Notes: a model not told the origin generated them from the letters alone. 64,000 bases of DNA from an uncultured virus (IMG/VR IMGVR_UViG_3300032316_001177) (IMGVR_UViG_3300032316_001177), one strand, 5' to 3'; positions 9,408 through 19,151 are shown, counted from the first letter of the stretch. Numbers and translations are program-made.

Positions 9408-10223
9408 ATGTCAATCACACCAATAAGTAATACTGGTTTATATCCAGGTCTTTCTTGGGCCACTGTATTTACATCAGGTAACCAAAGCGGTATATTTGCA
9501 ATAAACGGTACGACAGCAACTGGAACACTTTTTGATTTTAAAAATTATTCTACGTCCGTTGAGCTTCTTTGTTGTTCTACTGATGGAATAGCTACAGTTT
9601 ACGCAAACGGTGTTGCCGCAACCGGAATTGCGGTTGGTAGTACTTATGCTTCAGCTACGTGGATAACAGTTCTTTCTGGAGCAGGTACATTAACAAGCAT
9701 AGCTGTTGAATCTATAAGTACACAAAGAGGAATATTATTTCAAATTCGTGTTGATGGAACTCAGCTTATTGATCTAAATTCTTACCCACCAAATGATGTT
9801 GGCGTAATCGAATCTTTAATAGATTTGAAAATAAATATAGCAAATATTTTACCAGTAAGATCGAGCTTGTCAATTATAGGAACTACATTTGAATCAATTT
9901 CACAAGGTGAGGCGGTGTATATGCGCAACAGTGACGGAAAGCTAGGTAGAGCCGTTGCTAATTCGACCGTTGAACTAGCTACTGTTATTGGTTTTGCCCG
10001 TGAAACAAAATCAACAGGTCAACTTTTACAAGCTTCTTTTGCTGGTATACAAGGAACAACGGGCCGCACTCCTGGCAGCATTTATTTTTTATCTGCCAGT
10101 TCTCCCGGCTCAATAGTAACGACTGCGCCATCTACTTCTTCTTACTACATCACAAGAGTAGGTAAGGCTGTGACCGCTACTCAACTTGCTGTGGAATTAG
10201 AACCGCCTATACTTTTAACATAG
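9408..10223 (+). CDS. Head/capsid fibre-like structural protein (paralog)
   Basis: GEAVYMR..GKLGRAVA...TPGSIYFLS...YITRVG...LEPPILL. Confidence 0.5.
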   Translation: MSITPISNTGLYPGLSWATVFTSGNQSGIFAINGTTATGTLFDFKNYSTSVELLCCSTDGIATVYANGVAATGIAVGSTYASATWITVLSGAGTLTSIAVESISTQRGILFQIRVDGTQLIDLNSYPPNDVGVIESLIDLKINIANILPVRSSLSIIGTTFESISQGEAVYMRNSDGKLGRAVANSTVELATVIGFARETKSTGQLLQASFAGIQGTTGRTPGSIYFLSASSPGSIVTTAPSTSSYYITRVGKAVTATQLAVELEPPILLT

Positions 10224-10275
10224 TGTCTAACTATACCCTTGATAATATAGATAATAAGGTAAGACCTGTGCAAGC

Positions 10276-11694
10276 ATGACAACTAGAAAACCTATTGTTT
10301 TAATTTCAGGGCTTTTTGAGCAAGTAAATACCCCGACGGATGGACTAGATTTTGCTGGAAATACAACAACAAATTTAACAGAAGGTACGAATCTTTATTA
10401 CACAGATACTAGGGCACGGTTATCAATTTCTGCTGGGAACACAGGAACTGGATACGGGTCTATAAGCTATAACAACAGTACCGGAGTACTTACGTATTCA
10501 GTAGTTACTGATGCAAATATCCGTGGCACATTAAGTGGAACTAATAGTGGAACTGGTTACGGAAGCCTTTCATATAATTCAGCTACTGGCGCCTTTACTT
10601 ATAGCGTAGTTACTGATGCAAATATCCGTGGGGCAATAAGTGTAGCTTCTGGATCAGGCCTAAGTTATAACAACAGTACAGGCATACTAACCACAAGCGC
10701 AATTCCTAATTCACAGCTTGCAAATAGCGCCATAACACTGGGCAGCACCTCAGTGTCCCTCGGAGCTACTGCAAGTAGCATCGCTGGGCTAACTGCACTT
10801 ACGGCTACAACACTTACAGCCGGTACCGGTGGCAACATATTTACTGGTTCTACATCTGGAACAACGACAGTTGTTGCTACAGCAATTGCATCTGGCACAA
10901 TCACATTACCAGCTTCGACCGGTACTGTTGCTCTGTTATCTTCTTTAAGCGCAACTAGTAGCGGAACTGGTTACGGCTCATTGAGCTATAACAGCAGCAC
11001 TGGCGCCTTTACATACTCAGTAGTTACAGACTTAAACATTAGAGGCGCATTAAGTGTAACTGGCGGTTCAGGGTTAACATACAACAGTACTACTGGAGCA
11101 TTTAGTACAAGTGCTATTCCAAACGCACAACTTGCTAATAGTAGCCTCACCGTTGGTTCTACATCAATTGCTCTTGGAAGCACTGCAACTAGCATCACTG
11201 GCTTAACTGCTTTAACCGCAACAACATTAACCGCAGGTACTGGCGGGAATATATTTACTGGGTCGTCATCAGGAACCACTACAGTTGTTGCCACAGCAGC
11301 AGCATCTGGAACCTTAACTCTTCCAGCTGTTACAAGCACTATTGCTGTTCTAGGCTTAGCGCAAAGTTACAGTGCGGCGCAACGTGGAACAATTAGTGTC
11401 CTCACAAGTAGTTCTTCTATTACTCCAGACTTTGCTGTTTCTAATAACTTTTCTTTAACTTTAGGTGCAAGCACTACAATCCAAAACCCATCGAACTTAA
11501 CTGCCGGACAAAGTGGCGCAATAGTTATTACTCAAGATGCGACCGGTTCGAGGACAATTGCATACGGTTCATTTTATAAATTTTCAGGTGGCACACCAAC
11601 TGCTACAACAACTGCAAATGCCGTTGACGTACTGGTTTATTATGTTGAATCAACTACAAGAATAACAGCTAGACTGATAACAAACGTGACATAA
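10276..11694 (+). CDS. Tail fibre protein with internal repeats
   Basis: T/S/G-rich; LTEGTNLYYT; three GTGYGSxSYNxxTGxxTYSVVTD repeats; C-terminal ITPDFAVSNNF...QDATGSRT domain. Confidence 0.75.
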   Translation: MTTRKPIVLISGLFEQVNTPTDGLDFAGNTTTNLTEGTNLYYTDTRARLSISAGNTGTGYGSISYNNSTGVLTYSVVTDANIRGTLSGTNSGTGYGSLSYNSATGAFTYSVVTDANIRGAISVASGSGLSYNNSTGILTTSAIPNSQLANSAITLGSTSVSLGATASSIAGLTALTATTLTAGTGGNIFTGSTSGTTTVVATAIASGTITLPASTGTVALLSSLSATSSGTGYGSLSYNSSTGAFTYSVVTDLNIRGALSVTGGSGLTYNSTTGAFSTSAIPNAQLANSSLTVGSTSIALGSTATSITGLTALTATTLTAGTGGNIFTGSSSGTTTVVATAAASGTLTLPAVTSTIAVLGLAQSYSAAQRGTISVLTSSSSITPDFAVSNNFSLTLGASTTIQNPSNLTAGQSGAIVITQDATGSRTIAYGSFYKFSGGTPTATTTANAVDVLVYYVESTTRITARLITNVT

Positions 11695-11700
11695 TAGATT

Positions 11701-12105
11701 ATGGCAACTCAAGTACAACTAAGGCGTGGTACGACCGCTCAAACAATCGCTTTTGCGGGTGCGCTGGGGGAAGTCACTGTTGATACACAGAAACTTACAG
11801 CCATAGTTCACGATGCTATAACACTTGGTGGGTTCCCACTTTTACGAGAAGATGGTACTAACTGTTTACTTTCTCCCGGTGCGCTAAACAGTTGCGCTCT
11901 TAAATTTGCTAACAGCGTTAATACTGGTATTATTAGTCCAGTACAGGCTCAATTATCTTTGGTGACGAACGGTGTTGCAAGGCTTACAATAGATTCTTCA
12001 GGGAGTGCAACCTTCTCTGGAAACCTCACCGTTAACGGAAGTCTTAGTGTCGCTGGCACCACTACTTCATCTGACACTTTAACCTTAATTATTGCTCTAA
12101 GTTAA
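11701..12105 (+). CDS. Tail protein with Mtd/hyaluronidase-type N-terminal domain
   Basis: MATQVQLRRGTTAQ...GALGEVTVDT...VHDAITLGGFPL. Confidence 0.7.
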   Translation: MATQVQLRRGTTAQTIAFAGALGEVTVDTQKLTAIVHDAITLGGFPLLREDGTNCLLSPGALNSCALKFANSVNTGIISPVQAQLSLVTNGVARLTIDSSGSATFSGNLTVNGSLSVAGTTTSSDTLTLIIALS

Positions 12106-12450
12106 ATGGCAAACACTTTTAAAAAAGATACAAAGTCAAGCCTTTTGACAGCTGATGTAACATCAAGCGCGACTACTAATATACTTACAGTTGGCGGCAC
12201 TGCTACTCTTGTTATTCTTAGTGTTTTGGTTTCAAACAAAACTGGTAGCAGTGCGAATGCAAATGTATATATTTCTTCTGCAGTTGGCGATTCAGTATTT
12301 CTTATAAAGAATGGGCCAGTACCAGCAGGTTCTTCGTTAGAACTTGTACAAGGTAATAAACTGATTATAGAACCGTCAGATGTTATCCGTGCTAGCTCAG
12401 ATACTGGCTCAGCACTTGACATAATGATTAGTTATTTGGAGCAAACATAA
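12106..12450 (+). CDS. Virion structural protein
   Basis: MANTFK...VPAGSSLELV.GNKLII...S.LE pattern typical of cyanophage tail-region proteins. Confidence 0.55.
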   Translation: MANTFKKDTKSSLLTADVTSSATTNILTVGGTATLVILSVLVSNKTGSSANANVYISSAVGDSVFLIKNGPVPAGSSLELVQGNKLIIEPSDVIRASSDTGSALDIMISYLEQT

Positions 12451-12857
12451 TGACAACAGGACTAACAACAATTGGTGATATTGACATCCTGTACAGACAG
12501 GTGAGTTCTTTAAAAGAAGATATTAAAAACAAAGGAGAACTAAAAGAAGAAACATATAATTTAAAAATTACTGAAATAGAAAAACGCCTTCAAGATTTAG
12601 AATCAAGAATCTTTGAAGAACGTGTTCTTGAACTAGATAATTCTTCTTGGAATAACATTATTCTAAAAAGAAATTACCTTCTTAAATCAACAGACTGGAC
12701 TGTTTCTTCTGGTTGCACTGTAGATCAATCTGCTTGGGTATCTTATAGACAGCAGTTGAGGGACTTACCACAAACGTTTTTCGGTGTAAAATTAAATGAA
12801 GTCCGGTGGCCAATAGCACCAGCTACTACTGGCCCGAACTCAATAAAAAATAAATAG
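12450..12857 (+). CDS. Tail fibre assembly chaperone
   Basis: RNYLLKSTDWT...WVSYRQQLRDLPQ...WP. Confidence 0.75.
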   Translation: MTTGLTTIGDIDILYRQVSSLKEDIKNKGELKEETYNLKITEIEKRLQDLESRIFEERVLELDNSSWNNIILKRNYLLKSTDWTVSSGCTVDQSAWVSYRQQLRDLPQTFFGVKLNEVRWPIAPATTGPNSIKNK

Positions 12858-12865
12858 GAACTGAC

Positions 12866-13696
12866 ATGCGTTATATAGGAAACACAACATTAACACCTGG
12901 CATAAGTTACCAACGTGTTGATAATATTGGATCTAGTTTTAACGGCGTTGCAACATCCTTTCCATTATTAGTTTCTGGTATTTCACCAGTCCCGTTTCCA
13001 TCTAACCCACAACAGTGTTTAATTTCTGTTAATGGTGTAATTCAAAAGCCAGACCCAACCGGTGCGGCTGGTTTTAATTTAGTAGGTACGAACATAGTAT
13101 TTGCCTCTGCTCCAACAGGAGGTTGGGCTTTCTTTGGAGTTGTTCTTGCTGGGTCTGATTTTGTTGCGGTGGGTGCTAGTTTTCCAGATGGTTCAAATAG
13201 TGCACCAAGTATTACATTTGATAATGCACCTACCACTGGTTTTTATCGCAGCGGTTCAAATGAAATTAGTGTTACTACCGGTGGTATTCAACGTGCTGTT
13301 TTTGACGCCAACGGTAATCTTGCTATAGGAGCATCTGTCGGTAATACCAAAATATATGTACAGGGAACTGGAGCAATGAACATTGCAACTTTAACCGATG
13401 GATCTACAATTACTCCTGATTTTTCAGTTGCCAATAACTTTACAGTCACTTTGACCGGAACACCTCGAACACTTGCCAACCCAACCGGCATGACTGTTGG
13501 GCAGAGTGGTTTGATTTACATTCTGCAAGATGCAACGGGAAGCAGGATTTTAAGTTATGGCAGTCACTGGAAATTCCCTGGCGGCCAATCATTTAAAAAT
13601 CTAAGCACCACAGCAAATGCAGTTGACTTAATTGGTTATACTGTACGTACAAGTACAAGCATTGTTTGCCAACTTGTGAACAACCTTACCCAATAA
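12866..13696 (+). CDS. Tail fibre protein
   Basis: ISVNGVIQKP, DGSNSAPSITF..TTGFY, and a C-terminal domain paralogous to that of 10276-11694. Confidence 0.7.
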   Translation: MRYIGNTTLTPGISYQRVDNIGSSFNGVATSFPLLVSGISPVPFPSNPQQCLISVNGVIQKPDPTGAAGFNLVGTNIVFASAPTGGWAFFGVVLAGSDFVAVGASFPDGSNSAPSITFDNAPTTGFYRSGSNEISVTTGGIQRAVFDANGNLAIGASVGNTKIYVQGTGAMNIATLTDGSTITPDFSVANNFTVTLTGTPRTLANPTGMTVGQSGLIYILQDATGSRILSYGSHWKFPGGQSFKNLSTTANAVDLIGYTVRTSTSIVCQLVNNLTQ

Positions 13697-13698
13697 TT

Positions 13699-16125
13699 AT
13701 GTCTATTCCAGGTTCTACCAACCCCTTATTATTATTCGGTGACGCTACTGGTGGCGCATTACAGATTAGTAGATCCTTAAGATTCAACAGTAGTGACAGT
13801 GCCTACTTGTCTAAAGTCTTCGCAGTAGCGGGGAATCAAAAGATTTGGACCTGGAGTGGATGGATTAAAAGAAGTAAACTCGGGACCGAGCAACGCTTCT
13901 TTGATGCGCGTGATGGCGGTTCGCAGCAATACATTAAATTTAATTCTAATGATGCCTTAAGAATTTTAGATTCAAACGGAACACTTATTACTTCTCAAGT
14001 TTTTAGAGACTTATCGGCTTGGTATCATGTGCTAATTGCCTTTGATACTACTCAATCAACTGCTTCAAATAGAATAAAATTATACGTCAATGGCTCGCAA
14101 GTTACAACATTTAGCACTGAATCATATCCCACTCAAAACAGTGATATATTATTTAACAGTGCTTGCACACACAGCATTAGCTGGAGTGCAGGCACTACTG
14201 AATGGTTTGACGGTTATTTAACCAATATCCACTTCATCAACGGTCAACAACTTACCCCCAGTAGTTTCACCGAAACCGATGCCACTACTGGGCAACTCAT
14301 ACCAAAAGCATACACCGGCAGTTATGGCACCAATGGCTTCAACCTTTTGTTTGCTGATAACTCCAGCAACACTGCCAGCACATTAGGGAAGGACTATAGC
14401 GGGCTGGGGAACAACTGGACCCCGAATAACTTATCCGTTACTGCTGGTGCTGGCAACGACAGCCTCGTAGACTCCCCCACTAATTACGGGACCGACACCG
14501 GCGTGGGCGGCGAGGTGAGAGGGAATTATTGCACCTGGAATCCGCTTGCAAATAGTGCCGCACAGCTTACATATTCAAATGGAAACTTAGACCTAGCACA
14601 ATCCAATGCTGCGTCGTATGCGTTACCTAATAGCACCATAGGTGTCAGTTCTAGTAAATGGTACTGGGAAACAACAATTACATCTTCAGGATCTTGCAGA
14701 ACTGGAGTTTTAAAAGATGGGAGCAGTCTTACCACGTTTCTAGGAAATTCCAGCACTGCTTATGGCTACGCTTCCGGCGGATACAAAGCTAACAGTAATA
14801 GCAACTCTGCCAGTGGCTACTCAACGTATACCAATGGTGATGTGATTGGTGTTGCACTAGATCTTGACAATGGCAAAATCTATTTCTCAAAGAATGGTAC
14901 TTGGCAAGAAAGCGGCAACCCAGCTACACAAACGAATCCTGCGTATACCGGACTTTCTGGTACATATTTTGCGTCTTGGGGTAAAGACGATTACGTCAAT
15001 ACAAGCTGTTCAGTTAACTTCGGCCAACGCGCATTTGCCTACACCGCACCATCAGGCTACAAAGCACTCTGTACACAGAATCTGCCAGCCACATTAGTCA
15101 CGAAGTCTAATACGGTAATGGATGTTGCATTATATACGGGTAATGGTGCAGCACGTAGTATCACCGGACTTGCATTTAATCCTGATTTTGTTTGGATAAA
15201 AGCGAGAAGCGCTAGCTACGACCACAGACTTGCTGATTCAGTTAGGGGTGTTGGCAAGGAACTATATTCAAACAATGCTAGTGCTGAAACAACCAACGAT
15301 GCCAACGGTTATGTTTCAGCTTTTAATTCAGATGGTTTTGCACTTCAATCGGGCATTGGAGTCAATGGATCTGGAGACACCTACGTCGCCTGGGCGTGGG
15401 ACGCAGGCACCTCAACCGTATCCAACACACAAGGCAGCATCACTAGTCAAGTGCGGGCTAACCCGACTGCTGGGTTCTCGGTGGTTACATTTAGTACACC
15501 CGGCTCTGCGGGTGACTACACAATCGGTCACGGACTTAATGTTGCGCCAAGTATGATAATAATTAAGGAAAGAACAAGGACATCTGGGTGGTATGTATAT
15601 CATGCTTCTGTCACGGATACTGTTAAAAAATATCTTATTTTAAATTCCACAAACGGTTTGAGTACTGACGCAAACAATATCTGGGGCAGCTCTCTTCCAA
15701 GTTCTACTGTCTTTGGAATTTCTAACGCAAACCTGCTTGCAGTTAATCAAAATATTGTTACATATTGCTTTGCTCCAGTATCCGGGTACTCTTCTTTTGG
15801 CAGCTACACCGGCAATGGAAGCGGAAGTGATGGTCCCTTTGTGTATACAGGGTTTAGGCCAAGGTTTCTAATGGTTAAACGTACCGATTCAACCACAAAC
15901 TGGTTTGTACTCGACACCGCAAGAAATACCTATAACGCAGTCAATAGTTACTTAATGCCTAATAGTAGCAGTGCAGAAGATCCAAACAACTCAACTGTTA
16001 ACACCGATTTTCTATCCAATGGCTTTAAGCTACGGGCGACCACAGATGCGCTTAACACCAGTAGCGCCACATACATATACATCGCTTTTGCCGAATCACC
16101 ATTTAATTACTCAAGAGCGCGGTAG
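13699..16125 (+). CDS. LamG/ConA-like + SPRY-like multidomain tail fibre (receptor-binding protein)
   Basis: SLRFN...WTWSGWIKRS...FRDLSAWYH (LamG-like); KWYWE...GDVIGVALDLDNGKIYFSKNG (SPRY-like); C-terminal PDFVWIK...AFAESPF. ATG at 13699. Confidence 0.8.
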   Translation: MSIPGSTNPLLLFGDATGGALQISRSLRFNSSDSAYLSKVFAVAGNQKIWTWSGWIKRSKLGTEQRFFDARDGGSQQYIKFNSNDALRILDSNGTLITSQVFRDLSAWYHVLIAFDTTQSTASNRIKLYVNGSQVTTFSTESYPTQNSDILFNSACTHSISWSAGTTEWFDGYLTNIHFINGQQLTPSSFTETDATTGQLIPKAYTGSYGTNGFNLLFADNSSNTASTLGKDYSGLGNNWTPNNLSVTAGAGNDSLVDSPTNYGTDTGVGGEVRGNYCTWNPLANSAAQLTYSNGNLDLAQSNAASYALPNSTIGVSSSKWYWETTITSSGSCRTGVLKDGSSLTTFLGNSSTAYGYASGGYKANSNSNSASGYSTYTNGDVIGVALDLDNGKIYFSKNGTWQESGNPATQTNPAYTGLSGTYFASWGKDDYVNTSCSVNFGQRAFAYTAPSGYKALCTQNLPATLVTKSNTVMDVALYTGNGAARSITGLAFNPDFVWIKARSASYDHRLADSVRGVGKELYSNNASAETTNDANGYVSAFNSDGFALQSGIGVNGSGDTYVAWAWDAGTSTVSNTQGSITSQVRANPTAGFSVVTFSTPGSAGDYTIGHGLNVAPSMIIIKERTRTSGWYVYHASVTDTVKKYLILNSTNGLSTDANNIWGSSLPSSTVFGISNANLLAVNQNIVTYCFAPVSGYSSFGSYTGNGSGSDGPFVYTGFRPRFLMVKRTDSTTNWFVLDTARNTYNAVNSYLMPNSSSAEDPNNSTVNTDFLSNGFKLRATTDALNTSSATYIYIAFAESPFNYSRAR

Positions 16126-16497
16126 CCCACAAGTGGACACGCCTACGGTGCTGGGGTGCAGCTAGGTTAACTGCATTAAACGTTTCTCGCCCGAAAGTTT
16201 GAGAACGCCCCTAAAAGCCCGGTCTCCACTTCTAACCCCATGGAAATCGACGGGTTTGCAACCATTTTCGTAACGCCACGGATATGGTAGGGTAGCGAGT
16301 GTTCACCAAGTTGGACAGTACCTGGCGTAGTGTTCAACTTATTAAACATAATGTTTTTGCGATCAAGATGAACCAATCACTTGTGGCATTTACCGTCATA
16401 AACTGCGTGGCGATAATTTGCTTTACGTACATTGTTACCAGGCGTTATTAGTCCTTGGCTTTCCTCCCCCGTGGAAATCGACGGATTTACTCAGGAA

Positions 16498-16580
16498 CTC
16501 CCCTCGATCCAGCGGCAGCTCTCCTCGATCCAGCGGCAGCTCCCCTCGATCCAGCGGCAGCTCCCCTCGATCCAGCGGCA
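16498..16580. repeat. Tandem repeat, 4 x 21 bp (CTCCCCTCGATCCAGCGGCAG)
   Basis: Copies at 16498, 16519 (one substitution), 16540 and 16561 (20 bp). Confidence 0.95.
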
Positions 16581-16781
16581 TGCCTCTTAGTCCCGCACAC
16601 TACGAGTTATGAGCACGACCGTATTTTGTCGTTAACGGATTGGCATTTCGTGGTCTACAAGGTTGCTAGGTGCTAATCCGTGATCCACAAAACCGATAAG
16701 TCAACGCCACTAGACCGGTCAACTTCTAGTTCGTTTTAAATTTCAGGATGTGCGGTAAGATAAGTCTTCTTATCCCGACCT

Positions 16782-17039
16782 ATGGCTGACTCTGCTTCAG
16801 TAGCAACTATTCTTACAGTTTCTATCCATCGAACAGATACGAATCCTGTTTATGGCCGTGGAGTTTTACAGATTTCTATTGACGACGAAGGCGCAGGGGG
16901 TTTTGTAAAAATTTGTGAATTAGGCGATGACCTAGAACATTACGTAAGCATTGACGCTGATGAACTAGATTTGGTTTTTCAGGAAGCCAAAAAACTTCTT
17001 GCTCAGAAAACACTGCGTTCTTTTAAGGATCTGATTTAG
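16782..17039 (+). CDS. Hypothetical protein
   Basis: 85 aa (IDDEGAGGFV); first of a small + strand cassette. Confidence 0.6.
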   Translation: MADSASVATILTVSIHRTDTNPVYGRGVLQISIDDEGAGGFVKICELGDDLEHYVSIDADELDLVFQEAKKLLAQKTLRSFKDLI

Positions 17040-17043
17040 TAAC

Positions 17044-17352
17044 ATGACACCACAACAAAACGACGTACTTTTGGCTGTCATTGATTTAATGAATGGTGGG
17101 ATGGACATGAGAGAAGCACTGGGATGTTACGCAATTATTTCCAAGTATGTTGTAAACACAATTCCATTTGATTCTGTAGAAAACGAGAACAATCGATTAA
17201 GACCGTTACCTGATCTTGAAAGGCAAGAAATAATGTGGCGTGTTGCTGTTACGTCCGCACTAGAGACAGGAGAGGCTCCGTATGCAATTTTTGCTGAACG
17301 TCTTCATAACTATCTTGTCAACTCTTCGCACTTACCAGTTCCCAAATTATGA
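17044..17352 (+). CDS. Hypothetical protein
   Basis: 102-aa ORF in the cassette. Confidence 0.55.
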   Translation: MTPQQNDVLLAVIDLMNGGMDMREALGCYAIISKYVVNTIPFDSVENENNRLRPLPDLERQEIMWRVAVTSALETGEAPYAIFAERLHNYLVNSSHLPVPKL

Positions 17353-17522
17353 AACCAAAATTTCTTGTCATACTGGATCAAGCAATTAACGAGGGTGTGC
17401 TCCGTGGGTACAGAAGGGCATTTAAACATGACGAAAATCCTGGTGAAGAACGTATATGTGAGGCTATTGAAGAATGTGTGCTAAGTTCTCTCTATGAGTA
17501 TTTTGATTTTGACGAGGAGTGA
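17349..17522 (+). CDS. Small hypothetical protein (not in ORF track)
   Basis: MKPKFLVILDQAINEGVLRGYRRAFKH...YEYFDFDEE, 57 aa, ATGA-coupled. Confidence 0.65.
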   Translation: MKPKFLVILDQAINEGVLRGYRRAFKHDENPGEERICEAIEECVLSSLYEYFDFDEE

Positions 17523-17565
17523 CGGCTCCCATATTGGAAAAAAACTATTTTCAAAAGGTGTTTAA

Positions 17566-17892
17566 ATGAAAAGAGTATGCAGCTACTGTAAAAAAACACA
17601 GCCACTAAATGAAAAACATTTTCAATTAGTGAAAACATTTAAGCAAGGATATTCCTTTTGTTGTTTAACTTGTAATGAACAAAATAAAAAACCAAAAACA
17701 AGAAAGAAAGATCAAAAGTTTCTTAGTGAAAAATTAGAAGTAAAAATACAACACCGTGATCTTGAAGAGTTAGTAAATATCCTTGGGTATTATAAAGGAA
17801 TGGTTGAATCTTCTGAAGAGAATGAGATAACTATAAATAATATAAATCGTATGCTCGGTAAAATAAAACACGAATTAAACAAACATAATTAG
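17566..17892 (+). CDS. Zn-finger (CxxC...CxxC) hypothetical protein
   Basis: CSYC...CLTC. Confidence 0.55.
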   Translation: MKRVCSYCKKTQPLNEKHFQLVKTFKQGYSFCCLTCNEQNKKPKTRKKDQKFLSEKLEVKIQHRDLEELVNILGYYKGMVESSEENEITINNINRMLGKIKHELNKHN

Positions 17893-17917
17893 TACTAAAT
17901 TACCATTCAACAGAATA

Positions 17918-17939
17918 AAGACCCTCCAAAGAAGGTCTT
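17918..17939. terminator. Hairpin between convergent genes
   Basis: AAGACC...GGTCTT between 17892 (+) and the psbA stop (-). Confidence 0.5.
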
Positions 17940-17959
17940 ATAACTTGTTAATTTATTTA

Positions 17960-19039
17960 TTAACCAATAGATGGTGCAGTAAGCGCAACAGAAGTTAATT
18001 CAGAAGCAGCAAGATCTAATGGAAAGTTGTGAGCATTTCTTTCATGCATAACTTCTAAGCCTAGTCCAGCACGGTTCAGAATGTCTGCCCAAGTTGGGAC
18101 GACACGATTCTGACTATCAACAATTGATTGGTTGAAATTAAATCCGTTAAGATTAAATGCCATTGTAGAAACACCCAGAGCAGTGAACCAAATGCCAACT
18201 ACTGGCCAAGCAGCTAAGAAGAAGTGAAGCGAACGTGAGTTATTAAAAGATGCATATTGAAAAATAAGGCGTCCAAAATAACCGTGGGCAGCCACAATGT
18301 TGTAGGTCTCTTCTTCTTGGCCAAACTTATAGCCATAATTGTGCGATTCATTCTCTGTGGTTTCCCGAACCAATGAAGAAGTTACAAGCGAACCATGCAT
18401 TGCACTAAAAAGTGATCCACCGAATACACCAGCAACTCCAAGCATGTGGAAGGGGTGCATAAGGATGTTGTGCTCAGCTTGGAATACCAACATGTAGTTA
18501 AACGTGCCGGAAATACCAAGGGGCATTGCATCAGAAAAAGACCCTTGACCGAAAGGATATACAAGGAATACAGCAGTTGCAGCAGCAACAGGTGCTGAAT
18601 AAGCAATGCAGATCCAAGGGCGCATTCCTAATCGATAGCTAAGTTCCCATTCGCGTCCCAGGTAAGCAAAGATGCCAATGAGGAAGTGGAATACGACGAG
18701 CTGGAACGGCCCACCGTTGTAGAGCCATTCATCAAGGGAAGCAGCTTCCCAAATTGGATAGAAATGTAATCCGATTGCATTTGAGGAGGGGACAACGGCT
18801 CCTGAAATAATGTTGTTTCCATAAAGTAAAGAGCCAGATACAGGCTCGCGGATCCCATCTATATCGACAGGTGGGGCACCAATAAAAGCTATGGTGAAGC
18901 AGACGGTGGCAGCAAGAAGTGTTGGAATCATTAGGACTCCAAACCAACCAACGTATATCCGATTTTCAGTTGAGGTTACCCAACGGCAAAATTGTTGCCA
19001 TAGGTTTGTTTGTTCTTGTAAGGCAATTGAAGCAGTCAC
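17960..19039 (-). CDS. psbA: Photosystem II D1 protein
   Basis: Complete D1: [29 protein letters not shown] (Glu130 type), [27 protein letters not shown] start. Confidence 0.99.
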   Translation of the reverse strand: MTASIALQEQTNLWQQFCRWVTSTENRIYVGWFGVLMIPTLLAATVCFTIAFIGAPPVDIDGIREPVSGSLLYGNNIISGAVVPSSNAIGLHFYPIWEAASLDEWLYNGGPFQLVVFHFLIGIFAYLGREWELSYRLGMRPWICIAYSAPVAAATAVFLVYPFGQGSFSDAMPLGISGTFNYMLVFQAEHNILMHPFHMLGVAGVFGGSLFSAMHGSLVTSSLVRETTENESHNYGYKFGQEEETYNIVAAHGYFGRLIFQYASFNNSRSLHFFLAAWPVVGIWFTALGVSTMAFNLNGFNFNQSIVDSQNRVVPTWADILNRAGLGLEVMHERNAHNFPLDLAASELTSVALTAPSIG

Positions 19040-19082
19040 TTTTAAAAGGGTAGGTATGAGCTCGGGGGACGAACGGGTTGTG

Positions 19083-19151
19083 TTATTCCCACATCACCCT
19101 CGGATGCGGGTATTAGAGATGATTTACTTCTGGTGATCTCGGTTTCAGAAG
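19083..19151 (-). ncRNA. PhotoRC-II-like structured psbA leader
   Basis: Minus strand CTTCTG-aaaccGAGATcac-CAGAAG-taaatc-ATCTC (possible pseudoknot), then CCCGCATC-cgagggt-GATGTGGG-aata, upstream of psbA; matches my recollection of the motif. Confidence 0.7.

Noticed and set aside
10665..11339. Antisense ORFs within fibre genes, and similar shadow ORFs in psbA, polA and the primase
   Set aside because: They are fully overlapped by well-supported genes and are reading-frame shadows
11701..12105. Diversity-generating retroelement suggested by the Mtd-type N-terminus
   Set aside because: No reverse transcriptase and no template/variable repeat pair differing at adenines
16498..16580. CRISPR array
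   Set aside because: The repeats are head-to-tail with no spacers, and no cas genes are present
16176..16676. ORFs 16176-16376, 16418-16612 and 16455-16676
   Set aside because: They are products of repeat or non-coding sequence with no protein-like features
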